NCBI GenBank assembly: GCA_048500095.1 | Contig: JASNYQ010000002.1 | Coordinates: 653,532 to 717,531, forward strand | Source of the DNA: Thermoanaerobaculia bacterium | GTDB taxonomy: Bacteria > Acidobacteriota > Thermoanaerobaculia > Multivoradales > JAGPDF01 | Length of the DNA: 64,000 nt | Direction of reading: 5' to 3' | In this document: in pieces, positions 7,836 through 16,582 of the stretch | How positions within the stretch are numbered: the first letter of the stretch is position 1 | Layout of the letters: every line of letters starts with the position of its first letter | Program-made: the position numbers and the translations under genes | Notes under the pieces: generated by a model | Seen by the model: the letters and a program-made list of their open reading frames with translations, nothing else | Database searches by the model: none | Told to the model about the DNA's origin: nothing

Positions 7836-8939
7836 TCAGACGATCCGCTCGCGGATCTTCGCCGAGAGCACGTCCATGATCCAGACGGTGGCGGCGATGA
7901 GGAGCACGAGCGTCCCCACCTCGCCCCACTGCCCGAGGTCGACCCGCGGCTTGAGGATGTAGCCGATGCCGCCGCCGCCGACGAAGCCGATGATCGTCGA
8001 CATGCGGACGTTGATGTCCCAGCGGTAGATCGTGAAGGAGAGGAACGGCGGCACCACCTGCGGCACCACGCCGTAGCGCAGCACCTGCAGGTAGGAGGCG
8101 CCGGTGGCGGTGATCGCCTCCACCGGTCCGCGGTCGATCGACTCGATCTGCTCGGAGTAGAGCTTGGCGAGCGACGCCACCGAGTGGATCCAGAGCGCGA
8201 GCACGCCGGCGAACGGTCCGATCCCCACCCAGGAGATGAAGATGAGCGCCCAGACCAGCGGCTCGACGGCGCGGGTGAAGTTCATCACCGCCCGCACCAC
8301 GCTGTAGAGGATGCGGGCCGTGGCGCTGCCGCGTGTCAGGTTGCGGGCGGCCGCGAAGGAGAGGGCGAACGCCACCGGGATCGCGAAGGCGGTGGCCATG
8401 AAGGCGAGGAAGACGGTCTGCACCAGCAGCACCAGCCCCTCGCGCAGCACCTCGCCCGAGGGGCTCGCGAGCCCCCGCACCATGTCGGAGGCCTTGTTGA
8501 AGTTGGTGAGGAAGGTCACCAGCTGGACCTCGGTGATGATCCAGCCGGTGAAGAAGGTCAGCTCGACGAAGAGCGCCCCGAACCAGCCGCGCAGGGTCCG
8601 CGTCCACGGCAGGTCGGCCTCCTCCTCCGGCACGCCGCGGGTCAGCACCCGTCCGATCGGCGCGCCGATCGAGCGGTAGAAGAGGTTCCAGACGAGCGCC
8701 CCGGCGAAGCCCAGCGCGAGCGCTGGCAGGTAGGCGAGCCGGCCGAGGATCTCCTCGGGCGTCAGCAGCAGGCCGGTCGGGCCGCGCTCGCCGGAGAAGG
8801 CGTGGAAGAGGAACTCGCCCATCACCAGCGCGAGGGCCAGCAGCAGGCCGTCGATGCCGAGGGCCTGCAGCCGCCGCCACCCCTTCTGCCACGGGGTCTC
8901 GGGGCGGAGCACCCGCCGCGGCGCGCCGGCGTCGGTCAC
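7836..8939 (-). CDS. phnE: Phosphonate ABC transporter permease
   Basis: Multi-TM permease with the EAA-like loop, typical of the PhnE family. Overlaps phnC stop/start. Confidence 0.85.
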   Translation of the reverse strand: MTDAGAPRRVLRPETPWQKGWRRLQALGIDGLLLALALVMGEFLFHAFSGERGPTGLLLTPEEILGRLAYLPALALGFAGALVWNLFYRSIGAPIGRVLTRGVPEEEADLPWTRTLRGWFGALFVELTFFTGWIITEVQLVTFLTNFNKASDMVRGLASPSGEVLREGLVLLVQTVFLAFMATAFAIPVAFALSFAAARNLTRGSATARILYSVVRAVMNFTRAVEPLVWALIFISWVGIGPFAGVLALWIHSVASLAKLYSEQIESIDRGPVEAITATGASYLQVLRYGVVPQVVPPFLSFTIYRWDINVRMSTIIGFVGGGGIGYILKPRVDLGQWGEVGTLVLLIAATVWIMDVLSAKIRERIV

Positions 8940-9745
8940 GCCCGCCCCCCCGCGAGAGCCGCGGCCGGCTCGGCGTCGTGGCCGTAGATGCGCCGGAAGG
9001 TGTCGCCGTCGAACGCCTCCGGCCGCCCCTCGAAGACCAGCTGCCCCTCCTTCAGGGCGACCACCCGGGTGGCGTAGCGCTGCACCAGGTCGAGGTCGTG
9101 GAGCGAGCAGAGGACGGTCATCCCCTCCTCCCGGTTGAGGGCCTCGATGTGGCGCATCACCGAGTGGCGCAGCGCCGGGTCGAGCGACGCCACCGGCTCG
9201 TCGGCGAGCACCAGGCGGGCCTGTTGCATGAGGGCGCGCGCCACCGCCACCCGCTGTTGCTGGCCGCCGGAGAGGGCGTCGGCGCGGCTCTCCTCGCGCC
9301 CCTCGAGGCCGACCCGTTCGAGGCAGGCCCGCGCCCGCCGCCGCTCCTCGTCGGAGAAGTGCAGGAGCAGGCTCGAGAGCAGGCCGCTGCGACCGAGCGC
9401 CCCGGAGAGGACGTTCTGCAGCACCGAGTGCCGCCGCACCAGGTTGAACTGCTGGAAGATCATGCCGATCGCGGCGCGGATCGCCCGCAGCTCGCGCCCC
9501 TGCGCCGCGGTGATCTCGCGTCCGAAGATCCAGACCCGCCCCTCGGTCGGGTCGATCAGCCGGTTGATGCAGCGCAGCAGCGTCGACTTGCCCGAGCCCG
9601 AGAGACCGAGCACGGCGAGGAACTCCCCCTCCTCCACCGCGAGCGAGACGCCGTCGAGCGCGCGCACCCCGTCCGGGAAGACCTTCGAGAGGCCCTCGAC
9701 GCGGACCGCCTCGCGCGCGCCGGAGGGCGCCGGGGTGGCGCTCAC
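8936..9745 (-). CDS. phnC: Phosphonate ABC transporter ATP-binding protein
   Basis: Walker A GLSGSGKSTLLRCIN, signature LSGGQQQRVAVARAL, Walker B LVLADEP, H-loop. Confidence 0.9.
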   Translation of the reverse strand: MSATPAPSGAREAVRVEGLSKVFPDGVRALDGVSLAVEEGEFLAVLGLSGSGKSTLLRCINRLIDPTEGRVWIFGREITAAQGRELRAIRAAIGMIFQQFNLVRRHSVLQNVLSGALGRSGLLSSLLLHFSDEERRRARACLERVGLEGREESRADALSGGQQQRVAVARALMQQARLVLADEPVASLDPALRHSVMRHIEALNREEGMTVLCSLHDLDLVQRYATRVVALKEGQLVFEGRPEAFDGDTFRRIYGHDAEPAAALAGGRA

Positions 9746-11148
9746 GGGGCCTTCGCCTCCGGGACCGGCAGCGGCGTCGCCTGACCGCGGCGGTTCGCGA
9801 GCTTCTGCTCCTCGGCCGCCATCAGATCCTCGATCCGGATCCCGGCCACGGCGAGCGCCTGGCGGAAGCCGCGGAACGCCTCGTCGTCGGCCGGCGCCAC
9901 GCCGATCGCCGCCACCAGGTCGTAGAGGGCCAGCTGCCCCTCGGGGGTGGCGATGAAGCGGTCGAGGGAGCCGGCGAAGCGCTCCCAGGTGCGGGCCGGG
10001 AAGCCCCGGCGGACGACGCAGACGTCGTTCGGGATCGGATCGGTCAGCGCCAGCACCCGCACCTCGTCGAGGAAGCGGCGGCGCGCGTCGGGGTCGGAGA
10101 TCCGGCGCATCACGAGGTGGCGGGCGTCGCCCACCAGCGTCCCGTCGCGGGCGTGCTGGGCGCTCGGCGGCGAGTAGAAAGCCGCCCCCGCGTCCGCCTT
10201 GCCGTCCCAGACCGCCTGCACCGCGTTCGGGTGCCCGCCGGCGTAGTAGACGCGGCCGAGCGCCACGCCGTGCCGGTCGAGGAGCAGACGCGGGAAGATC
10301 GCCCCCGAGGTGGAGGTCTCGTCGGAGAAGGCGAAGCGGCGGCCGTGGAGGTCGGCGATGCGCCGGTACGGCGAGTCGCTCCGCGTGTAGATGCAGCCGT
10401 AGTAGTGGGCGACCGGCTCGGCCACCGGCGCCTCGGTGGTGTCGACGATCCGGGTCTCGAGCAGCGTCCCGGGGCGGTGCCCCTCGAGCTCCTTGCGCCC
10501 GTCCCCCACGAGGTCGGAGGGGCCCGAAAAAACGTGCGAGGAGACCGCGCCGTCGACCTCGAGCGGGCTCTCCACCAGCCGGCGCACCGCCTCGAGGTCG
10601 CTCTCGACCGGCACCTCGACCCAGCCCGGCGCCCGGGCGTCGAGGCGCGCGACCACCTTGGCCCGCAACGCCGCGGTGAGCGAGCGCGGCAGGGCGACGC
10701 GGCGGGCGGCGAGGGCCTCGATATCCTCCGGCTGCCCCGGGCCGCTGCGGGTGATCACCACCGCGAAACGGTCGACCGACCGCACCACCTGGAGCCGCAC
10801 CTCGGCGCCGTAGCGCGCGCGGGCGAGCTCGTAGGCGAAAGCGGGCATCCAGGCCACGTCGGCCTGTCCGGCCCCGAGCGCCTGGACCACCGCGGCGTAG
10901 CTCGTCGGCACCTCGGAGCGGAGCACCAGGCCGCTGTCCTCGCGCACGAAGCGGGCGAGATCCTCGCCCCGGCGCACCAGCGTCCCCTGCTCGACGGAGG
11001 GGACGAAGAGCATCCGGATCACGCTCTCGCCCTGCGCCTCGAGGTCCGCGCGGCGCTCGAGGCCCCAGACGAAGAGCGCGAAGACGAGGGCGAGGAGGGT
11101 CCAGCCGATGCGGGGAGGCCAGGGGGAGCGGGCGAACGATCGGGGCAT
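9742..11148 (-). CDS. phnD: Phosphonate/phosphite ABC transporter substrate-binding protein (PhnD family) with ~90-aa internal insertion and C-terminal extension
   Basis: N-lobe (SYAAVVQALGAGQADVAWMPAFAY) and C-lobe (HYYGCIYTRSDSPYRRIADLHGRRFAFSDETSTSGAIFP) PhnD blocks. They are separated by an extra segment absent from E. coli PhnD. Signal/TM at the N-terminus. Confidence 0.75.
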   Translation of the reverse strand: MPRSFARSPWPPRIGWTLLALVFALFVWGLERRADLEAQGESVIRMLFVPSVEQGTLVRRGEDLARFVREDSGLVLRSEVPTSYAAVVQALGAGQADVAWMPAFAYELARARYGAEVRLQVVRSVDRFAVVITRSGPGQPEDIEALAARRVALPRSLTAALRAKVVARLDARAPGWVEVPVESDLEAVRRLVESPLEVDGAVSSHVFSGPSDLVGDGRKELEGHRPGTLLETRIVDTTEAPVAEPVAHYYGCIYTRSDSPYRRIADLHGRRFAFSDETSTSGAIFPRLLLDRHGVALGRVYYAGGHPNAVQAVWDGKADAGAAFYSPPSAQHARDGTLVGDARHLVMRRISDPDARRRFLDEVRVLALTDPIPNDVCVVRRGFPARTWERFAGSLDRFIATPEGQLALYDLVAAIGVAPADDEAFRGFRQALAVAGIRIEDLMAAEEQKLANRRGQATPLPVPEAKAP

Positions 11149-11249
11149 CGGCGGGGGGCCGGAACGCGGCCCCCCGACTCTAGCCGACCCGGCGCCCCGG
11201 CAACACCCCGGAGCGGATCCGACACCGCGTTGTCACACGGCCGCGCCGT

Positions 11250-12155
11250 TCAGGCGAGCAGGGCCGCCCAGAGCGGGAGGGTGACCAGCGCGGCGAGGAC
11301 GCCGAAGCCGGCGAGCGCCGCCGCCAGCTCCGGGGCGAGGCGGTGCGAGCTCGCCAGCGCCGCGGCGGTGATCATCGGCGGCATCGCGGTCTCGAGCACC
11401 GCCGCCGAGGCCGGCAGGGGGGCGAGACCGAGCAGGCGCACGACGACCAGGGCGAAGGCCGGCAGCACGGCGAGCTTCAGGGCGAGGCCGACGGCGAGCG
11501 GGGCGCGCGCCGCGCGGGGCAGGCGGAGCCGGATCTGGAGCCCCAGCGCGAACGCCACCACCGGCAGGAGCGCCCCGGAGAGGCGCTCGAGGAGGCCGGC
11601 CACGAGCGCCGGCGGGCTCTCGGGCATCCAGGTGAGCGCCAGGAGCAGGGCCGGAAACGGCGGAAAGCGCAGCAGCCGCCCGAGCAGCGCCCGCCCGGCC
11701 GGGGGTTCGCCGCCGCCGTAGCGCGCCACCACCCAGAGGCCCCAGGTCGAGAGCGCCACGAACGAGCCCATCTGGTCGTACGCCACCGCGTACGGCAGCG
11801 CCTCGCGCCCGAGCAGCGCCTCGGTCATCGGGTAGCCGAGGAACGAGGTGTTGCCGAGCGGCACGCAGAGCAGCAGCACCGCGCGCTCCTCCCGCCCCAG
11901 CCGCAGCCCGGCGGCCGCGAGGTGGGCGAGGCCAGCGCCGGCCGCGAGCGCCAGCCAGGGGACGGCGACGAGGCCGAGGAGGGCCGGCTCGAGGCGCAGC
12001 GCCGGGGCGTGCCGCAGCACCGCCGCCGGCAGGCAGACGTAGAGCACGAAGAGGTTCAGGACCTCGGCGCCGGTCGACGGGAAGAGCCCGAGCCGCGCCG
12101 CGAGCTTGCCGGCGGCGAAGAGGCAGAGGACGAGGGCGAAGGCGTCGAACGCCAT
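11250..12155 (-). CDS. AEC (auxin efflux carrier) family transporter
   Basis: About 10 TM helices with the two-repeat topology typical of the AEC/MleP family. Located immediately downstream of the decarboxylase gene. Confidence 0.8.
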   Translation of the reverse strand: MAFDAFALVLCLFAAGKLAARLGLFPSTGAEVLNLFVLYVCLPAAVLRHAPALRLEPALLGLVAVPWLALAAGAGLAHLAAAGLRLGREERAVLLLCVPLGNTSFLGYPMTEALLGREALPYAVAYDQMGSFVALSTWGLWVVARYGGGEPPAGRALLGRLLRFPPFPALLLALTWMPESPPALVAGLLERLSGALLPVVAFALGLQIRLRLPRAARAPLAVGLALKLAVLPAFALVVVRLLGLAPLPASAAVLETAMPPMITAAALASSHRLAPELAAALAGFGVLAALVTLPLWAALLA

Positions 12156-12180
12156 GAACGGGACTCCGCGCGCGGCGCTC

Positions 12181-13635
12181 CTACCGCTCCGCCTCGAGCC
12201 GCGCCGCCTCCTCCTCGATCCGCCCCCAGGCGCGCTCGACGTGCCGCGCCTCGGTCCAGGTCTGGCCGATGGCGAGCCGGAGCGTGTGGCGGTCCGCCAG
12301 GCGGGTGTGGGTCAGGAACAGGTCGCCGCTGCCGTTGAGCCGCTCGAGGAGCCGCTCGTTGAAGGCGTCCCCCGCGCGATGGCGGAAGCAGACGAGGTTC
12401 AAGGGGACCGGGGCCGCCAGCTCGAAGCGGTCCGAGGCCTGGACGCGGCGGGCGACCTCCCGGGCCAGCGCCACGTGCCGGCGCACGTGGTGGCGGATCC
12501 CCTCCGCGCCGTACCAGCGCAGGACCATCCAGAGCTTCAGCGCGCGGAAGCGACGCCCCAGCGGCACCTGCCAGTCGCGGTAGTCGATCACCGCGCCGGA
12601 CTCCGTGGCGCGATTGCGGAGGTACTCGGGGAGCACCGAGAGGGTGCGCACCAGGGCCGCGCGGTCGGCGACCCAGAAGGCGTCGCAGTCGAAGTTCGTG
12701 AACATCCACTTGTGCGGGTTGAAGCAGTAGCTGTCGGCGAGCTCGAGGCCGTCCTGCAGGTGGCGCAGCTCGGGGCAGATCGCGGCGGTGCCGCCCATCG
12801 CGGCGTCCACGTGGAGCCAGAGCCCCTCCCGGCGGGCGATCTCGCCGATCGCCCGCACCGGGTCGATGGCGGTCGAGGAGGTGGTGCCGACGGTGGCCGC
12901 GACGAAGCAGGGGATCCGCCCTGCCGCGCGGTCGGCGGCGATCGCCGCCTCCAGCCGATCGGGGCGCATCGCGAAGGCACCGTCGACCTCCACCAGCCGC
13001 AGCCCGTCGCGGCCGAGCCCGGCGATCATCGCCGCCTTCTCGAGCGACGAGTGCGCCTGGGTCGAGGTGTAGCCGACGAGCGGCGGAGAGCCGGCGAGGC
13101 CGGTCCGGTTCGTCTCCCAGCCGCTCGCCCGGTCGCGCGCCGCGAGCAGCGCGCAGAGCGCCGCCGAGGAGGCGGAGTCCTGGATCACGCCGCCGCCCGG
13201 GCCCTCGGAGCGGAACGCCTCCGGGAGCCCGAGCAGCTCGACCAGCCAGTCGAGGACGTGGGTCTCGAGCTCGGTGCAGGCGGGGCTGGTGGCCCAGAGC
13301 ATCCCCTGCACCCCGAGCCCCGCCGCGAGCAGCTCGCCCAGGATCGCGGGCCCCGAGGCGTTGGCCGGGAAGTAGCCGAAGAAACTCGGCGACTGCCAGT
13401 GCGTGAGGCCGGGCAGGATCACCCGCTCGAGGTCGGCGAGCACGTCCGCGAACGGCTCGGGCTCCTCGGGGGGCGAGAGCGGCAGCGCCGCGCGCACCTC
13501 CCCCGGCGCGACGCGCGAGAGGACCGGCAGCTCCTCGACCCGCTCCTGGTAGCGGGCGACCCACTCCAGCACCTCCCGGCCGTGCCGCCGCAACTCCTCG
13601 GGCGTCATGTGGTAGCTCTGCCGGTCTCCGCTCAT
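12181..13635 (-). CDS. PLP-dependent aromatic-L-amino-acid/tyrosine decarboxylase family protein
   Basis: Group II decarboxylase blocks HWQSPSFFGYFPANAS, SxHK-type PLP lysine region (CFNPHKWMFTNFDCDAFWV), VDAAMGG. Confidence 0.85.
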   Translation of the reverse strand: MSGDRQSYHMTPEELRRHGREVLEWVARYQERVEELPVLSRVAPGEVRAALPLSPPEEPEPFADVLADLERVILPGLTHWQSPSFFGYFPANASGPAILGELLAAGLGVQGMLWATSPACTELETHVLDWLVELLGLPEAFRSEGPGGGVIQDSASSAALCALLAARDRASGWETNRTGLAGSPPLVGYTSTQAHSSLEKAAMIAGLGRDGLRLVEVDGAFAMRPDRLEAAIAADRAAGRIPCFVAATVGTTSSTAIDPVRAIGEIARREGLWLHVDAAMGGTAAICPELRHLQDGLELADSYCFNPHKWMFTNFDCDAFWVADRAALVRTLSVLPEYLRNRATESGAVIDYRDWQVPLGRRFRALKLWMVLRWYGAEGIRHHVRRHVALAREVARRVQASDRFELAAPVPLNLVCFRHRAGDAFNERLLERLNGSGDLFLTHTRLADRHTLRLAIGQTWTEARHVERAWGRIEEEAARLEAER

Positions 13636-13760
13636 CGCGACCTCCCTCCGGGCCTCGGCCCTCGTCCTCCCGGCTGCGATCTTCTCACCCCCTCTCCCCC
13701 GCCGCCCGCCTCCGCTGTTACGCTCCCTCCGCATCATCCCTTTCCCAGAGGAGACGAACG

Positions 13761-14273
13761 ATGAGCAGGACCACGAAGTGGGCCTCGGCGGCCGCGGCCG
13801 TCCTGACCCTCGCCGGGACGGCCGCGCTGGCGCAGCCGGCGGGCGCCCGCGAAGCCTGCCGCCAAGCGGCCCGCGTGTTGGTGAACCAGGAGACGCGGTG
13901 GAACGACAGCCGCACCCAGGAGCGGGGTGGCGGCTCCGGCACCCTCTACTGGCGCGCCGCCGACGGTACCGAGGGGGTCTGCCGGGTCGACCGCAACGAC
14001 CGCGTCTACGAGGTGCGCGTGGAGCGCTGGGGCACCGCCCAGGACGAGATCTCGGTCTGGCCGGGCACGGGCACCGGCGAGGGCAGCCGGATGATCCGCT
14101 GCGAGTCGCAGAAGGGGCGGCGCAAGGAGTGCTCGATCCCCCGCGGCGCCCGCGTGCGGCTCGAGAAGCAGCTGAGCGACACCCCGTGCCGCGCCGGCCG
14201 CACGTGGGGCTTCAACCGCAACGAGATCTGGGTCGACGACGGCTGCCGCGCGGTCTTCGAGGTGACCTGGTAG
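13761..14273 (+). CDS. Secreted DUF3011 family protein
   Basis: Signal peptide plus duplicated Cys-containing module (RCESQKGRRKECSIPRGARVRLEKQLSDTPCRAGRTWGFNRNEIWVDDGCRAVFEV) characteristic of DUF3011. Confidence 0.7.
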   Translation: MSRTTKWASAAAAVLTLAGTAALAQPAGAREACRQAARVLVNQETRWNDSRTQERGGGSGTLYWRAADGTEGVCRVDRNDRVYEVRVERWGTAQDEISVWPGTGTGEGSRMIRCESQKGRRKECSIPRGARVRLEKQLSDTPCRAGRTWGFNRNEIWVDDGCRAVFEVTW

Positions 14274-14314
14274 CGACCTCGCCGCCCCGCGCGGCGGGGC
14301 ACCGGAACGAGAAA

Positions 14315-14338
14315 GGGGCGGGCCGCGAGGCCCGCCCC
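14315..14338. terminator. Bidirectional GC hairpin between DUF3011 and OPT genes
   Basis: Perfect 10-bp stem ggggcgggcc / ggcccgcccc with GCGA tetraloop. A smaller hairpin sits at 14284-14300. Confidence 0.55.
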
Positions 14339-14366
14339 TCTGATCTCCGGAACCACCCGCCGGGCG

Positions 14367-16427
14367 CTACATCACCGCGGTCGGGGGCGCCGGCTCGTCG
14401 GCCGCACCGGCCTTCGACATCGGCACCTTGATCAGGTACCAGGCGAGGATGGCGAAGACCGGCAGCGCCAGGTAGGGCGCCACGCCGGCCAGGCCCGGGA
14501 CGTGGAAGAACTCGGCCGGCTGGCCCATCCGGTCGCGCACGAAGACCGCCGTGGCGACCAGCAGGCCGACCAGCGCCTCGCCCGCGATGAGGCCCGAGGC
14601 GGCGAGCACGCCGGCGTTCTCCACCCGCGCCTTCTGCGCCTCGTTGAGCTTCCGCTTCTCGCGCAGCTTGTCGACGAAGCCGCGGATCATGCCGCCGATG
14701 AAGATCGCGAAGGTGGTCTCGAGCGGCAGGTACATGCCGACCGAGAAGAGCATCGGGCTCTTGACCCGCACCAGGATGAGGGAGATCCCCATGGCGATGC
14801 CGACCAGCACCAGCGGCCAGGCCATCTCGCCGCCCACGATCCCCTGCGAGACCGCCGCCATGAGGCCGGCCTGGGGCGCCGGGAGGTTCGGGCCGCCGAA
14901 GCCGCCGAGCGCCGGATTCGCCTTCAGGTCGGAGACGTGCAGCACGTAGAGCGGGAAGAAGAGGACGAGGCCGGCGACGATGACGCCGATGATGTCGCCC
15001 ACCTGCATCTTCCACGGCGTGCCGCCGAGGATGTGCCCGACCTTGAGGTCCTGCAGCATCTCGCCGGCCACCGCCGCCGAGACGCAGCCGACCGCGGCCA
15101 CCCCGAGCACCGCCGCGACCCCCTCCATCCCCTTGGCGCCGATGATGACCATGGTCAGCGCCGCAACGATGGTGGTGGCCAGCGTGAGCCCCGAGATCGG
15201 GTTGTTCGAGGAGCCGATCATGCCCACCAGGTTGCCGGAGACGGCGGCGAAGAAGAAGCCGGTGACGAGGATCACGATCGCCGCCAGGATCGAGGCGCCG
15301 ATCGCCTTGGTGAAGAAGAAGTAGAGGGCAACCATGAGGATCAGGATGGCGCCGATCCCCATCAGCACCGTCTTGAACGGCAGGTCGCGCTCGGTGCGGT
15401 CGGTGGGGGCGGCGGCGGCGGCCGACTTCTTGACGTCCGCGATGCCCCGCTTGATCCCGGTGGCGAGGTTCTTCCGCATCTTGTAGAGCGTGAACGAGGC
15501 GCCCACCAGCATGCCGCCCACCGCGATCGGGCGGACGATGAACTGGTAGAGGTGGTTCGTCAGGCGGGCCCAGTTCTCGACCCCGGCGGCGTCGGTGTAG
15601 GTGCCGATGAGCGAGGGTCCGAGGAAGAAGACCAGCAGCGGCACGAACAGCCCCCAGGCGAGCAGGCCGCCCGCGAAGTTCAGCGCCCCCAGCTCGGGGC
15701 CGATGATGTAGCCGACGCCGATGTAGGCCGGGCTCGCCGCCGGGGCGTGCATGGTGGTGACGCCGCCCGCCGTGACCTTGTTGGAGGTCGCGTCGAGACC
15801 GAGGCGGACGAACCCCTCCTTGAGCTTGCCCACACCGACCGCGAAGGCGTTCGACTTGGCGAAGACGCCGAGGTCGGCGAGAAACTGGATGAGCGCCCCG
15901 ACCCCCATCGCCTTGAAGAGCTGGGCCGCGGCCTCGGAGCCCTTCTGGCCCGCCTTGTGGATCTCCGCCGCGGCCCGCGACTCCGGGAACGGCAGCGATT
16001 CGTCCTCGACCATGACGCGGCGGAGGATGGTCACGAACATGATGCCGAGCAGGCCGCCCAGGATCATCAGCGAGGTGGCGATCCAGTACTCGCCCGCCAT
16101 GTGGCCGGGCTCGAACTTCCAGATCTTGAGGATCACGAACGCGGGGATCGTGAAGATCGCCCCCGCCGCGACCGACTCGCCGATCGAGCCGACGGTACGG
16201 GCGAAGTTCTCTTCCAGGATGTTGCCCCGGAAGATCCGCAGCACCGCCATCGCGATGACCGCCGCCGGATAGGTGGCCGCGATGGTCATGCCGGCCTTCA
16301 GGCCGAGGTAGGCGTTGGCCGCGCCCAGGATGACGCTCAGCAGCAGGCCCAGGATCAGCGCCCGCAGGCTGAACTCGAGCATGTTCGAGCCGGCCGGAAC
16401 ATACGGCTGGTATCGCTTGTCGCTCAA
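14367..16427 (-). CDS. OPT family oligopeptide transporter
   Basis: 686 aa, ~16 TM helices. Conserved OPT blocks (NPISGLTLATTI, LQDLKVGHILGGTPW, AAVSQGIVGGEMAWP). Confidence 0.9.
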   Translation of the reverse strand: MSDKRYQPYVPAGSNMLEFSLRALILGLLLSVILGAANAYLGLKAGMTIAATYPAAVIAMAVLRIFRGNILEENFARTVGSIGESVAAGAIFTIPAFVILKIWKFEPGHMAGEYWIATSLMILGGLLGIMFVTILRRVMVEDESLPFPESRAAAEIHKAGQKGSEAAAQLFKAMGVGALIQFLADLGVFAKSNAFAVGVGKLKEGFVRLGLDATSNKVTAGGVTTMHAPAASPAYIGVGYIIGPELGALNFAGGLLAWGLFVPLLVFFLGPSLIGTYTDAAGVENWARLTNHLYQFIVRPIAVGGMLVGASFTLYKMRKNLATGIKRGIADVKKSAAAAAPTDRTERDLPFKTVLMGIGAILILMVALYFFFTKAIGASILAAIVILVTGFFFAAVSGNLVGMIGSSNNPISGLTLATTIVAALTMVIIGAKGMEGVAAVLGVAAVGCVSAAVAGEMLQDLKVGHILGGTPWKMQVGDIIGVIVAGLVLFFPLYVLHVSDLKANPALGGFGGPNLPAPQAGLMAAVSQGIVGGEMAWPLVLVGIAMGISLILVRVKSPMLFSVGMYLPLETTFAIFIGGMIRGFVDKLREKRKLNEAQKARVENAGVLAASGLIAGEALVGLLVATAVFVRDRMGQPAEFFHVPGLAGVAPYLALPVFAILAWYLIKVPMSKAGAADEPAPPTAVM

Positions 16428-16582
16428 CAGGTCTCCTCCTCAGGTGGTGCGGTTCGCGTCCCCGGGAGGGCCGTCCGGCCCCGGGGGACGACTGACGGGA
16501 TACCGGCGGATTGTACAGGGTGGGGGGCGCCCCGGACCCCACCGTTCGGGCGGGTCCGCCCCGCTCCCTCCGCTCCGGTAGC

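Noticed and set aside
9742-11148. Tandemly duplicated PhnD (two substrate-binding domains)
   Set aside because: Closer reading shows a single PhnD N-lobe and a single C-lobe separated by an insertion, not two complete domains.
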